A stretch of DNA of 47,165 nucleotides from IMG/VR virus record IMGVR_UViG_3300012041_000011, positions 1 through 47,165 of that record. One strand, written 5' to 3'. Under the pieces are notes generated by a model that worked only from the letters and a program-made list of their open reading frames with translations, made no database searches and was not told the origin of the DNA. How positions within the stretch are numbered: the stretch's first letter is position 1; each line of letters starts with the position of its first letter. Source of the DNA: a virus (Duplodnaviria; Caudoviricetes). Of the stretch, positions 46,400 through 47,165 are shown piece by piece. Both the position numbers and the translations under genes were made by a program.

Positions 46400-47165
46400 T
46401 CAATTCACAGTTAATGAGAATACTTGTCCCGTATTACCCGTAGATCCTGCCGTGCCATTGACCCCCGTCCCAACTCCGGCTCCTGCTGCACCTGCCGCGC
46501 CACCTGTAACAACTGGAGTCGCGCCCAAGAAAGTCCCAGCAATGATAATAATTGCTCCTCCATTCCCTCCAGATCCTCCTCCGCCTCCACCGCTGTTCGT
46601 TTGCCCGTTACTCGCTGCTCCTCCGGCTCCTCCGAGGCTCCTGATGATGAAGTTATTCGTAATGAGCGGTGAAGCGAGGAAAACGATCCCACCATTCCCA
46701 CCTGCTGCGCCCCCGCCGCCGCCGCGGCTTGTACCGTCATTCCCTCCAGTCCCACCCCCTCCGTTCCCAGGAGCAATCGTCACTGGAACAATGGTCGTGC
46801 TGCTAGCTTCCGCGAGAGTCATCGCGAACGTGTAATACTTCGGTTGATTCAAAGAGGCTGCGAATGTACCTGCTGCGCCTCCCGCAAATCCGCTCTGTGT
46901 TGCCCCAAGCCCGCCCGCACCGCCAGCCAACCCTGCGGTATTTATGATTGAGCGTAAAGAAGAAGAACCTGAAATCCCAGCTTGTCCGCCAGAGTCATGC
47001 GGAGAACCTCCCCGACCACCATGCGCGCCTGCTGGTAACGACCCAAGAGATGAACCGCACCCAAGACCGCCAGTTGTGGTATTCGAATCCAAGTTCACCG
47101 AATCTGTCCCAGCGACTCCGTTACACTGGATAATACCATTGTTTGTAATGCTTGTTTTCGCGAAG
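46400..47165 (-). CDS. 3' part of the same protein: glycine-rich tail-fibre-like C-terminus
   Basis: ORF 46400..47098 (NLDSNTTTGGLGCG...) is in frame with the translation of 1-1727; GGxGG repeats. Confidence 0.85.
   Translation of the reverse strand, partial: FAKTSITNNGIIQCNGVAGTDSVNLDSNTTTGGLGCGSSLGSLPAGAHGGRGGSPHDSGGQAGISGSSSLRSIINTAGLAGGAGGLGATQSGFAGGAAGTFAASLNQPKYYTFAMTLAEASSTTIVPVTIAPGNGGGGTGGNDGTSRGGGGGAAGGNGGIVFLASPLITNNFIIRSLGGAGGAASNGQTNSGGGGGGSGGNGGAIIIIAGTFLGATPVVTGGAAGAAGAGVGTGVNGTAGSTGNTGQVFSLTVN
47043..47165. repeat. Terminal direct repeat copy 2
   Basis: Identical to 1-123. Confidence 0.97.

Noticed and set aside
1-47165. Stop-codon reassignment
   Set aside because: Long intact ORFs tile the genome in code 11, and TAA, TAG and TGA all end genes, often in ATGA overlaps.
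1-47165. CRISPR array, tRNA genes, integrase, reverse transcriptase/DGR
   Set aside because: No repeat-spacer periodicity, cloverleaf or diagnostic motifs seen by eye.

Overview
This window is a complete, circular, podovirus-like dsDNA phage genome of 47,042 bp. Bases 1-123 repeat exactly at 47043-47165, which is an assembly overlap inside a gene. Minus strand, from about 24.8 kb leftward: a nucleotide/DNA-modification cluster; replication genes (DnaB-like helicase, initiator with internal iterons); NinG; terminase, portal, scaffold and capsid genes; membrane-anchored Ser/Thr-rich proteins; and lysis genes. The minus strand continues across the junction into tail tube and ejection-type genes. 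Plus strand, 25.0-35.9 kb: an early/accessory operon (ParB, HNH, ERF, PD-(D/E)XK nuclease, YopX, many small ORFs). I recognise no integrase, DNA polymerase, primase, tRNA or CRISPR array. SD-less, AT-rich tATG starts and ATST/SST-rich surface-like proteins suggest, by inference only, a Patescibacteria (CPR) host. Main findings: (1) a ~520-610 nt highly structured, unassigned RNA at 30.66-31.28 kb; (2) a T4-like hydroxymethyl-dCMP pathway coupled to a TAGT/JGT-type glycosyltransferase and a 5-hmdU-DNA-kinase-family protein; (3) a 789-aa ORF missed by the ORF track that fuses a papain-like protease to a membrane-anchored fibre, whose post-membrane 'FG' motif is shared with two neighbouring proteins; (4) a circularly permuted M23 peptidase; (5) pseudoknot-rich leaders around the capsid gene, one before an apparent AUA start; (6) an antisense 18-aa peptide driven by a copy of the early promoter. 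All family assignments come from motif recognition by eye, not database searches.
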